Made by a program: the position numbers and the translations under genes. A DNA stretch of 64,000 bases from a bacterium. Its GTDB lineage: Bacteria > Krumholzibacteriota > Krumholzibacteriia > G020349025. Positions 18,102 through 28,904 of the stretch are shown here, in pieces. The DNA lies in contig JANLSU010000067.1 of NCBI GenBank assembly GCA_031362565.1, positions 32,001 through 96,000 of the forward strand, given 5' to 3'. Position 1 is the first letter of the stretch. Every line of letters begins with the position of its first letter. Below the pieces are notes generated by a model. It worked only from the letters and a program-made list of their open reading frames with translations, was not told where the DNA came from and searched no databases.

Positions 18102-19382
18102 ATGGCCGACGTCATTCTGACAAGCCGCTTCGCGACCAAGGACTCGCACACGCTCGCGTCCTATGTGGCGGATGGCGGCTATGGCGCTGCCAAGAAGGCG
18201 CTCGCCATGACGCCCGAGCAAGTGCTGGAGGAGGTCAAGAAGTCGGGCCTGCGAGGCCGGGGCGGCGCCGGGTTCCCGACCGGCATGAAGTGGGGCTTCA
18301 TCCCCAAGTCCGACAAACCGGTCTACCTGTGCATCAACGCCGACGAGAGCGAGCCCGGGACCTTCAAGGACCGCTACCTGATGGACCTCGACCCGCACCT
18401 GCTGATCGAGGGCATCATCATCTCGTGCTGGGCGATCCGTTCGCACGATTGCTACATCTATATCCGCGGCGAGTACCACTCGACGTACGACGTCATGCAG
18501 AAGGCGCTCGACGAGGCGTATGCGGCGGGTTACCTCGGCGACGACGTCGCCGGCACAGGCTTCCGGTTGCACTGCACGATGCACAAGGGCGCCGGCGCCT
18601 ACATTTGCGGCGAGGAAACCGGCCTCATCGAGTCGCTGGAAGGCAAGAAGGGCGAGCCGCGCATCAAGCCGCCCTTTCCGGCCATCGTCGGCCTGTTCGG
18701 TTGCCCGACCATCGTCAACAACGTCGAAACCATCACCTGCGTGCCGTGGATCATCGAGCATGGCGGCGAGGCGTACGCCAAGATCGGCGTCGGCAAGAGC
18801 ACCGGCACCAAGCTCTGGTGCGTGAGCGGCCACGTCAAGAAGCCCGGGCTTCTCGAGCTGCCGCTCGGCCTACCGTTCAAGACCATGCTCGAGGAACATT
18901 GCGGCGGCATGCGTGACCCGAAGCGGCCGCTGAAGGCGGTCATCCCGGGCGGTTCTTCGGTGCCGGTGTTGACCGCCGCCGAGATGATGGACTGCAACTT
19001 GGATTACGAGTCGATCGCCGCCAAGGGTTCCATGCTGGGATCGGCCGGCATGATCGTCATCGAAGAGGGCACCTGCATGGTGTGGACGCTGGCGATTCTG
19101 ACCCGCTTCTACGCCGACGAATCGTGCGGCCAGTGCACGCCGTGCCGTGAGGGCACGAGCTGGGTGAACGACATCCTGTGGAGGATCGAGCGCGGCGGTG
19201 CGACGCCGAAGGACATCGACTTGCTGCACAATCTGTGCGACAACATGATGGGCAAGACGATTTGCGTGCTGGCCGATGCGTGCGTCATGCCGGTGCGCAG
19301 TTTCTTGGAGAAATTCGGCGCCGAATTCCAGGCCCACTTCGAGCACGGGAGTTGCCCGCAGGCGGAGCCGGTACACATCTGA
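18102..19382 (+). CDS. nuoF: NADH-quinone oxidoreductase subunit F
   Basis: GLRGRGGAGFPTGMKW, NADESEPGTFKDR, GAGAYICGEETG, ESCGQCTPCREG. Confidence 0.97.
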   Translation: MADVILTSRFATKDSHTLASYVADGGYGAAKKALAMTPEQVLEEVKKSGLRGRGGAGFPTGMKWGFIPKSDKPVYLCINADESEPGTFKDRYLMDLDPHLLIEGIIISCWAIRSHDCYIYIRGEYHSTYDVMQKALDEAYAAGYLGDDVAGTGFRLHCTMHKGAGAYICGEETGLIESLEGKKGEPRIKPPFPAIVGLFGCPTIVNNVETITCVPWIIEHGGEAYAKIGVGKSTGTKLWCVSGHVKKPGLLELPLGLPFKTMLEEHCGGMRDPKRPLKAVIPGGSSVPVLTAAEMMDCNLDYESIAAKGSMLGSAGMIVIEEGTCMVWTLAILTRFYADESCGQCTPCREGTSWVNDILWRIERGGATPKDIDLLHNLCDNMMGKTICVLADACVMPVRSFLEKFGAEFQAHFEHGSCPQAEPVHI

Positions 19383-19456
19383 ACGAGGCGAACGATGGGC
19401 CGGGGCTCCGAACGGGCCTTGCCCGCAGCACATCACTGAACACGAAGACGAGCGCG

Positions 19457-21064
19457 ATGCCCAAGATCACCATCGACGACCGCGAGGTCGAGGCCCGGGA
19501 CGGCGAGAACCTCATCGATGCGGCAGCACGCATCGGGGTCAACATCCCGCATTTCTGCTACCACCCCGGACTGAGCGTGGCGGGCAACTGCCGCCAGTGC
19601 CTGGTGGAGCTCGACGGTAATGCCAAGCCGCAGATTGCCTGCAATTTGCCGCTCAAAGACGGCATGAAGATCCGTTGCACGACGCCGGCCATCCAGGAGG
19701 CCCGGCGCGGCGTGCTCGAGTTCCTGCTGCTCAACCATCCCATTGATTGCCCGGTGTGCGACCAAGCGGGCGAGTGCCGCCTGCAGGAGTACTACATGGG
19801 GCACGGGCTGTACGACGCCCGGCGCAACGTCGACAAGGTGCACAAGCCCAAGGTCGTCGATCTGGGGCCCTTGGTCGTACTCGACGCCGAACGCTGTGTC
19901 CTGTGCACGCGCTGCGTGCGTTTCTGCCAAGAGGTCGCCGGCACCGAAGAGTTGTACGTCAAGGAACGCGGCCATCACGCCGAAATCGTCACCTTCCCGG
20001 GCATGCAACTCGACAATCCGTACTCGGGCAATGTCATCGATGTCTGCCCGGTGGGGGCGCTTTTGAACCGCCAGTTCCGGTTCCAGAGCCGCGTCTGGTG
20101 GCTCAAGCAAGCCGACAATGTGTGCTCGAGCTGTGCGCGCGGTTGCAACATCCGCGTCGACCATCACTGGAACAAGGTGCAGCGGCTCGTGCCGCGCCCG
20201 AATCCCGACGTCAACAAGTACTGGATGTGCGATCGCGGCCGAATGAACTTCCAGTCCTACAACGACAACCGCCTGGTGGATGCGCGCGTCGGGGCCCAAG
20301 ACAGTACGCTTCGGGACGCCATCGACACGCTCTGCACGCGCTTGACCGCCGCCGCGGGCGAGGTGGCCGTGTTGCTGTCGCCCAAACTCGCCAACGAGGA
20401 ACTGCTGGTCATGCGCCGGTTGTTCGGCGACCTCTTGCGGGTCAAGGTGCTGGGTGCGGGTTCACTGGAACCGGACCAGCCCGAGGACGACATTCTGCGC
20501 CGCGCGGATCCGCATCCGAATTCGTTCGCGGTGCAGATGCTCGGGCTGCAAGGCGATGTCCGAAAGATCGTTCGCGAGTCGCAAGCGCGCGTTCTGGTCA
20601 TCGTCGGCGACGATCCTCTTGGCTGGGATCCGTCCTTGGCCGAGACGTTCGCACGCTACGAAACGGTCGCCGCCCTGCTCACGAATTCGAACGCGACCGC
20701 CGCGGCCGTCGACGCCGCGGGTGGCATTCTGATACCACTCGCCACCCACTTCGAGTTCGCGGGTTCGTTCACCAACTTCGAGGGACGCGTGCAGGCCTTC
20801 GAACCGGCCTTGGCATCGCCCGGTTCGGCGATGGCCGCCTCCGATCTCGGTATCGAACTCGCACACACCCTGGGTCTGGCCTTCTGGCCGCGCACCGAAC
20901 ACCCGGCGCTCGTTCTCGAAGCCATCTGGTCGGAACTCTTGCCCGCCGGCGTCGCCCTCGCAGCTCCCGGCTGGGGCCAGGTGCCGCAAGACGAACTCGT
21001 TGCTACACCGCGGCCGACCGCGCAGTCGACCACCAAGGGCTACACGCCCAGTGGGACGGTGTGA
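19457..21064 (+). CDS. nuoG: NADH-quinone oxidoreductase subunit G (short form)
   Basis: IPHFCYHP.LS.AGNCRQC, NHPIDCPVCDQAGEC, RCVLCTRCVRFC, plus N7-type CSSCARGC...MCDRGR. Confidence 0.93.
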   Translation: MPKITIDDREVEARDGENLIDAAARIGVNIPHFCYHPGLSVAGNCRQCLVELDGNAKPQIACNLPLKDGMKIRCTTPAIQEARRGVLEFLLLNHPIDCPVCDQAGECRLQEYYMGHGLYDARRNVDKVHKPKVVDLGPLVVLDAERCVLCTRCVRFCQEVAGTEELYVKERGHHAEIVTFPGMQLDNPYSGNVIDVCPVGALLNRQFRFQSRVWWLKQADNVCSSCARGCNIRVDHHWNKVQRLVPRPNPDVNKYWMCDRGRMNFQSYNDNRLVDARVGAQDSTLRDAIDTLCTRLTAAAGEVAVLLSPKLANEELLVMRRLFGDLLRVKVLGAGSLEPDQPEDDILRRADPHPNSFAVQMLGLQGDVRKIVRESQARVLVIVGDDPLGWDPSLAETFARYETVAALLTNSNATAAAVDAAGGILIPLATHFEFAGSFTNFEGRVQAFEPALASPGSAMAASDLGIELAHTLGLAFWPRTEHPALVLEAIWSELLPAGVALAAPGWGQVPQDELVATPRPTAQSTTKGYTPSGTV

Positions 21065-21065
21065 C

Positions 21066-22364
21066 GTGGATCTCGATTCGTTCTGGGGGGTGCAACTGGG
21101 GCGCGTGGTGCTCATGTGGCTTCTGCCGCTCTTGCTGTTGCCGCTCATGATCTGGTTCGAGCGCAAGGCGAGCGCCTTCATGCAGGATCGCACCGGTCCG
21201 AATCGCGCCGCCATCGCCGGCGTCCGCCTGGGCGGCATCATCCACACCATGGCCGACGTGCTCAAACTGCTCAGCAAAGAGGACATCCGGCCGGTGAACG
21301 TCAACGGGTTCTATTTTGCCCTCGCACCGCTCATCGCCATCGTCGTGTCGCAGTTGCTGTTCGTCGTCGTGCCGTTCGGCGACGCGATCGACGTCGGCGG
21401 CCAGACGATTTCGCTGCAAGCCTTGCATCTCGACATCGGCATCCTGTACCCGCTCGCGGTGGGTTCGGTGTATGTGTACTCCATCGTCTTGGCCGGCTGG
21501 GCTTCGAACAACAAGTACGGCATCTTGGGCGGGTTGCGGGCGGCAGCGCAGGTCGTGAGCTACGAAGTCGCGCTCGGGTTGTCGATCGTCGGCGCGCTCA
21601 TGGTGTACGGCACGACCGACTTGAACGAAATGGTGCGCTACCAGGGCGGCCTGCTGTTCGGATTCCTGCCGCGCTGGGGCATTTTCCTGCAGCCGATCGG
21701 GGCCCTGCTCTTCCTCGTCGCGGCGTTCGCCGAAACCAACCGCACGCCGTTCGACTTGCCGGAGCGCGACGCCGAACTGGTCGCCGGCTTCCACACCGAG
21801 TATTCCGCCATGCGCTTCGCGTCCTTCTTCATGGCCGAGTACATCCATATCATCGTTGCTTCAGGGCTCGTCGTGACGCTCTTCTTCGGCGGCTGGCAGA
21901 TCCCGTGGCTCTCGACCGAAACCTTGCGCGCCAATGCCGGTATCGTTCTCGACGTCATGCTGGGCGGCTTGGTCGTGGTGGGCTTCGGTTCCGCGGCGCT
22001 CGCGATGCGTTGGTCACCGTCCCTTATGCGGCAGTTCCAGGATTTGCGCCGCCATGAGGGTAAGGTGCTGGCGACACTGTTCGGCGGCCTTGGCGCCCTC
22101 GGGTTGCTCGGCTTAGGGCTCGTGCACACCCAAGTCGGCGTGCTGCCGGACTGGGCGGCGAGCGCGCTGGCTGCACTGGCGCAATTCAGTGCCTTTACCG
22201 CCAAGACCATGCTCTTCGCGTTCGGGTTCATCTGGGTGCGCTGGACGCTCCCCAGCTTCCGCTACGACCAGCTCATGCGGCTCGGCTGGAAGAACATGAT
22301 GCCCGTGGCTCTCGTGAATGTCGCCTTGACCGGCCTGGTACTGCTCGCAGTGGGAGGCCGCTGA
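21066..22364 (+). CDS. nuoH: NADH-quinone oxidoreductase subunit H (with internal TM insertion)
   Basis: ERK..A.MQDR.GPN, GWASNNKY..LGGLRA.AQ..SYE, ETNRTPFDLPE, RWTLPSFRYDQLMRLGWK. Confidence 0.95.
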   Translation: MDLDSFWGVQLGRVVLMWLLPLLLLPLMIWFERKASAFMQDRTGPNRAAIAGVRLGGIIHTMADVLKLLSKEDIRPVNVNGFYFALAPLIAIVVSQLLFVVVPFGDAIDVGGQTISLQALHLDIGILYPLAVGSVYVYSIVLAGWASNNKYGILGGLRAAAQVVSYEVALGLSIVGALMVYGTTDLNEMVRYQGGLLFGFLPRWGIFLQPIGALLFLVAAFAETNRTPFDLPERDAELVAGFHTEYSAMRFASFFMAEYIHIIVASGLVVTLFFGGWQIPWLSTETLRANAGIVLDVMLGGLVVVGFGSAALAMRWSPSLMRQFQDLRRHEGKVLATLFGGLGALGLLGLGLVHTQVGVLPDWAASALAALAQFSAFTAKTMLFAFGFIWVRWTLPSFRYDQLMRLGWKNMMPVALVNVALTGLVLLAVGGR

Positions 22365-22888
22365 TGGCCATCGATCGGGCCGATCTGTACACGCGTTTGG
22401 GCGTCAAACCGGAAGAGGTCACGGTCGTCCGGCCGGAGCCCAGCATCCTCACGCGCCTGTACATCTTCGAGATCATCAAGGGCATGGGCATCACCATGCG
22501 CCACATGCTCTACAACATGTTCCATCAAGGGCAGATGCCGACGCTGCAGTTTCCGGAACTGCGGCGCACCCTGCCGCCGCGCTTCCGCGGCCGGCACCGG
22601 CTGATGAAGAAGGAAGACGGCACGCCGCGCTGTGTGGCCTGCATGATGTGCCCGACGGCCTGCCCGGCGGATTGCATCCATATCGAGGCGGCCGACAGTC
22701 CGGATCCGCGGGTCGAAAAGATTCCGGTGCGGTTCGAGATCGATCTCATGCGGTGCATCTTCTGCGGTTACTGCGTCGAGGCGTGCCCCAAGGACGCCAT
22801 CCGCATGGACACCGGGCTCTTTACCGACATGGCGGCGACGCGGCGCGAAGATTTCGTTTTGACGATGGACAAAATGCTGTCCGAGTGA
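22364..22888 (+). CDS. nuoI: NADH-quinone oxidoreductase subunit I
   Basis: FRGRH.L, CVACMMCPTACP and CIFCGYCVEACP. Confidence 0.95.
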   Translation: MAIDRADLYTRLGVKPEEVTVVRPEPSILTRLYIFEIIKGMGITMRHMLYNMFHQGQMPTLQFPELRRTLPPRFRGRHRLMKKEDGTPRCVACMMCPTACPADCIHIEAADSPDPRVEKIPVRFEIDLMRCIFCGYCVEACPKDAIRMDTGLFTDMAATRREDFVLTMDKMLSE

Positions 22889-22902
22889 CGAAGCGAGGGG
22901 CC

Positions 22903-23397
22903 TTGGAACGCGTGCTGTTCTATCTGTTCGGCGGGCTCGCCGTACTGTCGAGTCTCTCGATGGTGACGCGGCGCAATCCGCTCGGCAGTGCCCTGTCGCT
23001 CGTCGTGGCATTCCTGTCGCTGGCGGCGCTCTACGCCGTGCTCAAGGCGCATCTCCTGTTCGCGATTCAACTCTGGGTGTACGCCGGCGCGGTCATGGTG
23101 CTGGTGCTCTTCGTCATCATGCTGCTCAACTTGCGGGAAAGCGAATCGCGCCCGCAGCCGCTCGGGTTCGGGCGCTTCGCGATCGCCACCGTAGCGGTGG
23201 CCGGCGTGGGTTGGAAGGCGCTGTCGGTATTCGCCGAACAGACCGGTGACGCGGTCACGGTCGACGACAGCTTCGGCACCGTAGCCGGGGTGGGCGAAGT
23301 GCTGTTCACCCGCTGGGTGTTGCAGTTCGAGGTCGTGTCGATCCTGCTCTTGGCAGTGATCGTGGCCGTCGTGGTGCTCGTCAAACGGCGCGCCTGA
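22903..23397 (+). CDS. nuoJ: NADH-quinone oxidoreductase subunit J
   Basis: [38 protein letters not shown] start after GAGGGG. Confidence 0.92.
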   Translation: MERVLFYLFGGLAVLSSLSMVTRRNPLGSALSLVVAFLSLAALYAVLKAHLLFAIQLWVYAGAVMVLVLFVIMLLNLRESESRPQPLGFGRFAIATVAVAGVGWKALSVFAEQTGDAVTVDDSFGTVAGVGEVLFTRWVLQFEVVSILLLAVIVAVVVLVKRRA

Positions 23398-23404
23398 GGG
23401 AGCA

Positions 23405-23710
23405 GTGATGGTCGGACTCAACGAATGGCTCATCCTGAGCGGCATCCTGTTCCTGATCGGGGCCGTGGGTGTGCTGACGCGTAGCAACGGGCTCATTCTG
23501 TTCATGTCGCTGGAACTCATGCTGAACGCGGTGAACTTGAGCTTTGTCGCCTTTTCGCGTTTCACCGGCCGCATGGACGGACAGGTGTTCGTGTTCCTGG
23601 TGACGGCCGTCGCGGCCTCCGAGGCGGCGATCGGACTGGCGATTTTCGTGAATCTGTTCCGCCTGCAAAAATCGGTCGACGTGGATCAGTTGAACTCGAT
23701 GGGGGACTAG
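23405..23710 (+). CDS. nuoK: NADH-quinone oxidoreductase subunit K
   Basis: [12 protein letters not shown]...GQVF...[12 protein letters not shown]. Confidence 0.95.
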   Translation: MMVGLNEWLILSGILFLIGAVGVLTRSNGLILFMSLELMLNAVNLSFVAFSRFTGRMDGQVFVFLVTAVAASEAAIGLAIFVNLFRLQKSVDVDQLNSMGD

Positions 23711-25690
23711 GTGGAGTCCGGGCTCCTGTGGCTCATTCCGGCGGCGCCGCTCGCCGCCTTCGTGGTGAACGGCAGCGTGTCGCTGGCGACGTCGCGCCCG
23801 GGACGGCACGCGCCCCACGGGCTCGTGCACGCCGTCGCGTGTCTGGGACCCGGCATCGCGTTCTTGGTGTCGGTGTGGACTTTCTGGCAGTTGCACGGCA
23901 TGCCCGAAGGCTCGCGGGTCTTGACCCAGCACGTCTACGAGTGGATTTCGTCCGGCAGCCTGCAGATCGATGTCGCCTTCCGGATCGACCCCTTGTCGGG
24001 GTTGATGCTGCTCTTCGTGACCGGCGTCGGGACGCTCATTCACATCTACTCGACGAGTTACATGCACGAAGAGCGCGGCTTCGCGCGCTACTTCACGTAT
24101 CTCAACTTGTTCATGTTCGCGATGCTGATCCTCGTCCTGGCCGACAGCCTGCCGCTCCTCTTCGTGGGTTGGGAAGGCGTCGGGCTCTGTTCGTACTTGC
24201 TCATCGGCTATTGGTACGACGATCCCGAGAAGGCGTCGGCCGGCAAGAAGGCCTTCGTCTTCAACCGCATCGGTGACTTCGGCGTGCTGCTCGCCATGTT
24301 CCTCATTTTCTGGACGCTGTCACGCGCCGGCGCTCCGAGCCTGCGCTTCGAGGACATTCGCGCCCACTTGGACGCTTTCTCCCCCGGTGTTGCGACCGCG
24401 GTGTGTTTGCTGCTCTTCCTGGGCGCGACGGGGAAATCGGCGCAGATTCCGCTCTTCGTGTGGCTGCCGGACGCCATGGCGGGCCCGACACCGGTCTCGG
24501 CGCTCATTCATGCCGCCACCATGGTGACGGCCGGCGTCTATCTCGTGGCGCGGCTCGGCTTCTTGTACGCGCTGGCGCCGATGGCGCTCTCGATCGTGGC
24601 CCTGGTCGGCGCCACGACGGCGGTCGTGGCGGCATCCATTGGTGTGGCGCAGAACGACTTCAAGAAGGTGCTGGCTTACTCGACCGTGAGCCAGCTGGGC
24701 TACATGTTCGTGGGCGTCGGCGTCGGCGCCTACGGCGCCGGTATTTTCCACGTCTTTACCCACGCCTTCTTCAAGGCCTGCTTGTTCCTGGGTTCGGGTT
24801 CGGTCATTCACGCTCTGCACGGTGAACAGGACATTCGCAACATGGGTGGCCTGCGCAAGGTCATGCCGGTCACCTTCTGGACCTTCTTGATCGCGACCTT
24901 GGCGCTCGCCGGCATTCCGCCGCTCGCCGGTTTCTTCAGCAAGGACGCCATCCTGTGGGAAGCGCTATCGCGCCCCAACGTGGTGTGGCCGTGGCTGCCG
25001 AAACTGCTCTGGGCGATGTTGCTCTTGGGAGCGTTCCTGACTGCGTTCTATATGTGGCGTTTGGTGGCGCTGGCTTTCTTCGGCACGTTCCGCGGCACCA
25101 AGGAAAAACTGCATCACGCCCACGAGTCCCCATGGCCGATGGCGATGCCGCTCGTCGTCCTGGCGGCCTGCAGCGTCATCGTTGGATTCTTCGGGGTGCC
25201 GGGGTTCCTGGGCGGTTCGAATGCCATCGATCACTGGCTCGAACCGGCCTTTGTGGCTGAAGGCCATACTGCCGTTGCCGCCGTGGCGGAACACGCGGCG
25301 CATTCCGCCGCCGCCGAGTGGGGTGCGACCGGCGTCGCGATGCTGATGGGGCTCTTGGGGATCGGACTCGGGCACTTGCTCTACGTGCGGCGGCCCGAAC
25401 TCGCGACCCAATTGGCGGCGCGCTTCAGCGGCCTGCGCCGGGTGCTGGCCGCCAAGTACTACGTCGACGAAGCGTACGACGCCGTGGTCGTCCGCCCGGT
25501 GCGCATGCTGTCCGACCGGGTGCTGTGGCGCATCTTCGACGTGCGGATCATCGACGGCATCGTCAACCTTCTCGGCGGGCTCACCAAGGCCTTCTCGTAC
25601 GTGTTCCGGTTCTTCCAGAGCGGCTACGTGCAGACCTACGTCTTCGTCGTGGTCTTGGGCGTGCTCGTCCTGCTCTGGCGCGTGAAGTGA
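23711..25690 (+). CDS. nuoL: NADH-quinone oxidoreductase subunit L
   Basis: GWEGVGLCSYLLIG, GKSAQIPLFVWLPDAMAGPTPVSALIHAATMV, KKVLAYSTVSQLG. Confidence 0.97.
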   Translation: MESGLLWLIPAAPLAAFVVNGSVSLATSRPGRHAPHGLVHAVACLGPGIAFLVSVWTFWQLHGMPEGSRVLTQHVYEWISSGSLQIDVAFRIDPLSGLMLLFVTGVGTLIHIYSTSYMHEERGFARYFTYLNLFMFAMLILVLADSLPLLFVGWEGVGLCSYLLIGYWYDDPEKASAGKKAFVFNRIGDFGVLLAMFLIFWTLSRAGAPSLRFEDIRAHLDAFSPGVATAVCLLLFLGATGKSAQIPLFVWLPDAMAGPTPVSALIHAATMVTAGVYLVARLGFLYALAPMALSIVALVGATTAVVAASIGVAQNDFKKVLAYSTVSQLGYMFVGVGVGAYGAGIFHVFTHAFFKACLFLGSGSVIHALHGEQDIRNMGGLRKVMPVTFWTFLIATLALAGIPPLAGFFSKDAILWEALSRPNVVWPWLPKLLWAMLLLGAFLTAFYMWRLVALAFFGTFRGTKEKLHHAHESPWPMAMPLVVLAACSVIVGFFGVPGFLGGSNAIDHWLEPAFVAEGHTAVAAVAEHAAHSAAAEWGATGVAMLMGLLGIGLGHLLYVRRPELATQLAARFSGLRRVLAAKYYVDEAYDAVVVRPVRMLSDRVLWRIFDVRIIDGIVNLLGGLTKAFSYVFRFFQSGYVQTYVFVVVLGVLVLLWRVK

Positions 25691-25705
25691 AATAAGGGAG
25701 CGTTC

Positions 25706-27268
25706 GTGGGTCTCTTGTCGTCCATCGTGTTCTTGCCGACGGTGTTCGCACTGGCGCTGCTCCTCATGCCGCGCGGCAACGACCGCGCCGTGCGAGTGCT
25801 GGCGCTGGTCGGCATGCTGGTGGATTTCGCGGCCGCTCTGGTGCTCCTGGCCAGATTTGGGACCGGCAGCGGCATGCAGTTCGTCGAACGGGTGCCGTGG
25901 ATCGAACACTTCGGCATCGAGTACCACTTGGGCGTCGATGGGATCAGCCTGTGGCTCGTGGTGCTGACGGGCTTCATCGCGCCGCTCGCCGTGCTCGGTT
26001 CCTGGAAGGGAATCTCCGAGCGGGTGCGCGAGTTCCACGTCCTGTTGCTGCTCTTGCAAACCGGCATGATGGGCGTCTTCATGAGCTTGGATCTCTTCCT
26101 CTTCTACATCTTCTGGGAGATCACCCTCATTCCGATGTACTTCTTGGTCGGGATCTGGGGCCATGAACGGCGCTTGTACGCCGCCATCAAGTTCTTTGTC
26201 TATACGATGGCGGGATCGCTGCTCATGCTGGTGGCGATTCTGGCGCTCGTGCTGCAGCACCAGCAGCAGACCGGCGAGTACACGTTCAACGTGCTGCGCC
26301 TGTACGAGACGCATGTGCCGCAGTCCCAAGCGTTATGGTATTTCGGCGCCTTCGCGGTGGCATTCGCGATCAAGGTGCCCATGTGGCCCCTGCATACCTG
26401 GCTCCCCGATGCGCACGTCGAAGCGCCGACTGCGGGCTCGGTCATCCTGGCGGCTATTCTGCTCAAGATGGGCTGTTACGGGTTCTTGCGCTTTGCGATC
26501 CCGCTCTTCCCCGAAGCCGCCATGGCCATTTTGCCGGTGCTCTTCATCTTGCCGGTCGTGGGGATTGTCTATGGGGCGCTCGTCGCCATGGTGCAACCGG
26601 ATCTCAAGAAACTCGTCGCCTATTCCTCGGTCAGCCACTTGGGCTTCGTCATGCTGGGTCTCTTTGCCTTCAATCGCCAGGGCCTGGAAGGCGCCCTCTA
26701 CCAGATGATCAATCACGGTCTCTCGACCGGCGCCCTCTTCCTCATGGTGGGCATGCTGTACGAGCGCCGGCACACGCGGCAGATCGCGGCGTTCGGCGGC
26801 CTCGCGCAGAGCATGCCGGTGTATTCGACGGTGTTCGTGATCGTCATGCTGTCCTCCATCGGGCTTCCGGGCCTGAACGGCTTCGTCGGTGAGTTCCTGA
26901 TTCTGCTGGGCGCGTTCCACGAGGCGCGGCCGTACGCCATTGTCGCCACGACCGGCGTCATCCTGGGTGCCGTGTACATGCTGTGGGCGACGCAGCGCGT
27001 GTTGTTCGGCAAGCTCGATAAGGACGAGAATCGCAATCTGCCCGACCTCGGCCGGCGCGAACTCGCCGTTTTGGTGCCGCTCGTGGTGATGATTCTGGTG
27101 ATGGGCGTCTATCCGAAACCGTTCTTGTCGCGGATGCACGACGCCGTTGGCGACTTGATGGCGCACGTCGAGTCACGGGTCGAGAACCAGCGCCGGGCTG
27201 ACCTTGCACCTCCGGCCCCCTGGGATGTCGCGCGCCAAGTCGATGCGACTGGAAAGGGGGCGCGATGA
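25706..27268 (+). CDS. nuoM: NADH-quinone oxidoreductase subunit M
   Basis: GVDGIS, FWE..LIPMY, KVPMWPLHTWLPDAHVEAPTAGS, LPGLNGFVGEF. Confidence 0.97.
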   Translation: MGLLSSIVFLPTVFALALLLMPRGNDRAVRVLALVGMLVDFAAALVLLARFGTGSGMQFVERVPWIEHFGIEYHLGVDGISLWLVVLTGFIAPLAVLGSWKGISERVREFHVLLLLLQTGMMGVFMSLDLFLFYIFWEITLIPMYFLVGIWGHERRLYAAIKFFVYTMAGSLLMLVAILALVLQHQQQTGEYTFNVLRLYETHVPQSQALWYFGAFAVAFAIKVPMWPLHTWLPDAHVEAPTAGSVILAAILLKMGCYGFLRFAIPLFPEAAMAILPVLFILPVVGIVYGALVAMVQPDLKKLVAYSSVSHLGFVMLGLFAFNRQGLEGALYQMINHGLSTGALFLMVGMLYERRHTRQIAAFGGLAQSMPVYSTVFVIVMLSSIGLPGLNGFVGEFLILLGAFHEARPYAIVATTGVILGAVYMLWATQRVLFGKLDKDENRNLPDLGRRELAVLVPLVVMILVMGVYPKPFLSRMHDAVGDLMAHVESRVENQRRADLAPPAPWDVARQVDATGKGAR

Positions 27269-28851
27269 TCACCGTCCCGGCCTGGAACTCCGAAGTGTGG
27301 ATGTTGCTCGCGCCCATGGTTGTGGTGTGTCTGACTGCCGTTCTGCAGTTGACACTCGATCTCATGGCCGGCGAGCGCCGCGTGCCGTCGGCATGGATTT
27401 CGATCGGTGGTCTGGCGATTGCAGGCGTGCTCGTGCTCGGGCGCTGGGAAGCGCCGCTCGGCCAGGCCGAGCGTGCCTTGGGCGGCGCCATCCGCATCGA
27501 CAATCTCACCGTCTTCTTGACCGTCCTCATCCTGGGCGGTGCGGCGCTCGCGCTCGCGACCGCCGACGGCTATTTGGACCAGGCGAAGCGCGGCCAGCGC
27601 CCCGAGTTCCATGCGCTGGCCCTCTTTGCCGTCACCGGCATGATGCTGCTGGTCGCCGCCGGCGAACTCATGACGCTCTTCCTGGCGCTCGAGCTCTTGT
27701 CGTTCCCGACCTACGTGCTCTGCGCCTTCCGGCGCGACCAGTTGAAATCGAGCGAGTCGGCTCTCAAGTACTTCGTGCTGGGCTCGTTTGCGTCGTCGAT
27801 CTTCCTCTACGGCGTCGCCCTCATCTGGGGCTCGACGGGCACGACGGTGATCTCGTCGCTGGCGGCGGCTCCCGAGAGTTCGCTCCTGCACTTGGGAACG
27901 CTGCTTCTCGTCGTCGGATTTCTGTTCAAGATTGGCGCGGCGCCATTTCACATGTGGGTGCCGGACGTCTATGAAGGCGCACCGACACCGGTCACGGCCT
28001 TCATGGCGACGACCGTCAAAGTGGCGGCGTTTGGCGCCTTCATCCGGGTCCTCGTCGGCTTTGTGGTGACGCAGTCGATGCCGACCGCGACCGCACTTGC
28101 CGTCATCGCCGGCCTGACGATGATCGTCGGCAATTTGTCGGCGCTCACCCAGGACAACATCAAGCGCATGCTGGCCTTTTCGTCCGTGGCGCATGCGGGC
28201 TACATGCTCGTCGGTCTGGCGGCGGTGGCGCGATCGGGCTGGGATACGGGTGCCGTCGCCGTGCTCTACTACTTGGCGGCGTACGTGTTCATGAACATCG
28301 GCGCCTTCACGGTCGTAACACTCTTGTCGCGGAGCGCCGAAGGCGAACTGCAGTTCGATCGCGACTGGAGCGGGTCGGCCAGGCGTTATCCGTTCCTCGG
28401 CATCGCCATGACCATCTTCATGCTCGGCTTGGGCGGCATTCCGCCGACGGCGGGATTCTTCGGAAAATATTCGTTGTTCAAGGCCGCCATCGACGCCGGG
28501 ATGATGCCGCTCGTCCTCGTTGCGATCCTGAACAGCCTGGTGTCGGTGTACTACTATCTGCGGGTGGTCGTCGCCATGTACATGCGCACCGAACGCACCG
28601 TGATCCCGGGGGTGCTGGAATCGCTCGCGCCGGCCCGCGCCCATGTGCTGCAGGGTCCGGGTGCGATGGCCGCCGAAGAAATGGTCGCACCGCCGCGCAT
28701 GGCCGACGGTCGCGCCTGGATGGCAAACGCCGTCGTCGCCATTTGCCTCTTCGCGACGCTCTGGCTCGGCATCGGCGCCAACCTCGGCGCACTCCCGGGT
28801 GTGTCGCGCGTCATCGATTGGGCGGAACTCGCGGCCTCGGCATTGCGGTAG
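27265..28851 (+). CDS. nuoN: NADH-quinone oxidoreductase subunit N
   Basis: [56 protein letters not shown]. Confidence 0.96.
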   Translation: MITVPAWNSEVWMLLAPMVVVCLTAVLQLTLDLMAGERRVPSAWISIGGLAIAGVLVLGRWEAPLGQAERALGGAIRIDNLTVFLTVLILGGAALALATADGYLDQAKRGQRPEFHALALFAVTGMMLLVAAGELMTLFLALELLSFPTYVLCAFRRDQLKSSESALKYFVLGSFASSIFLYGVALIWGSTGTTVISSLAAAPESSLLHLGTLLLVVGFLFKIGAAPFHMWVPDVYEGAPTPVTAFMATTVKVAAFGAFIRVLVGFVVTQSMPTATALAVIAGLTMIVGNLSALTQDNIKRMLAFSSVAHAGYMLVGLAAVARSGWDTGAVAVLYYLAAYVFMNIGAFTVVTLLSRSAEGELQFDRDWSGSARRYPFLGIAMTIFMLGLGGIPPTAGFFGKYSLFKAAIDAGMMPLVLVAILNSLVSVYYYLRVVVAMYMRTERTVIPGVLESLAPARAHVLQGPGAMAAEEMVAPPRMADGRAWMANAVVAICLFATLWLGIGANLGALPGVSRVIDWAELAASALR

Positions 28852-28904
28852 GCGGCGGGATCCTGAGGCAATGCCGCCCCGGGCTTCCCCCATTGGGGCT
28901 TCAA

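Noticed and set aside
15794..18151. Long antisense ORFs over nuo, uvrA, the TBDRs and gcv (e.g. 15794..18151, 41287..43437, 60564..63074, 618..2564)
   Set aside because: Typical stop-poor reverse frames of GC-rich genes, with no motifs or RBS.
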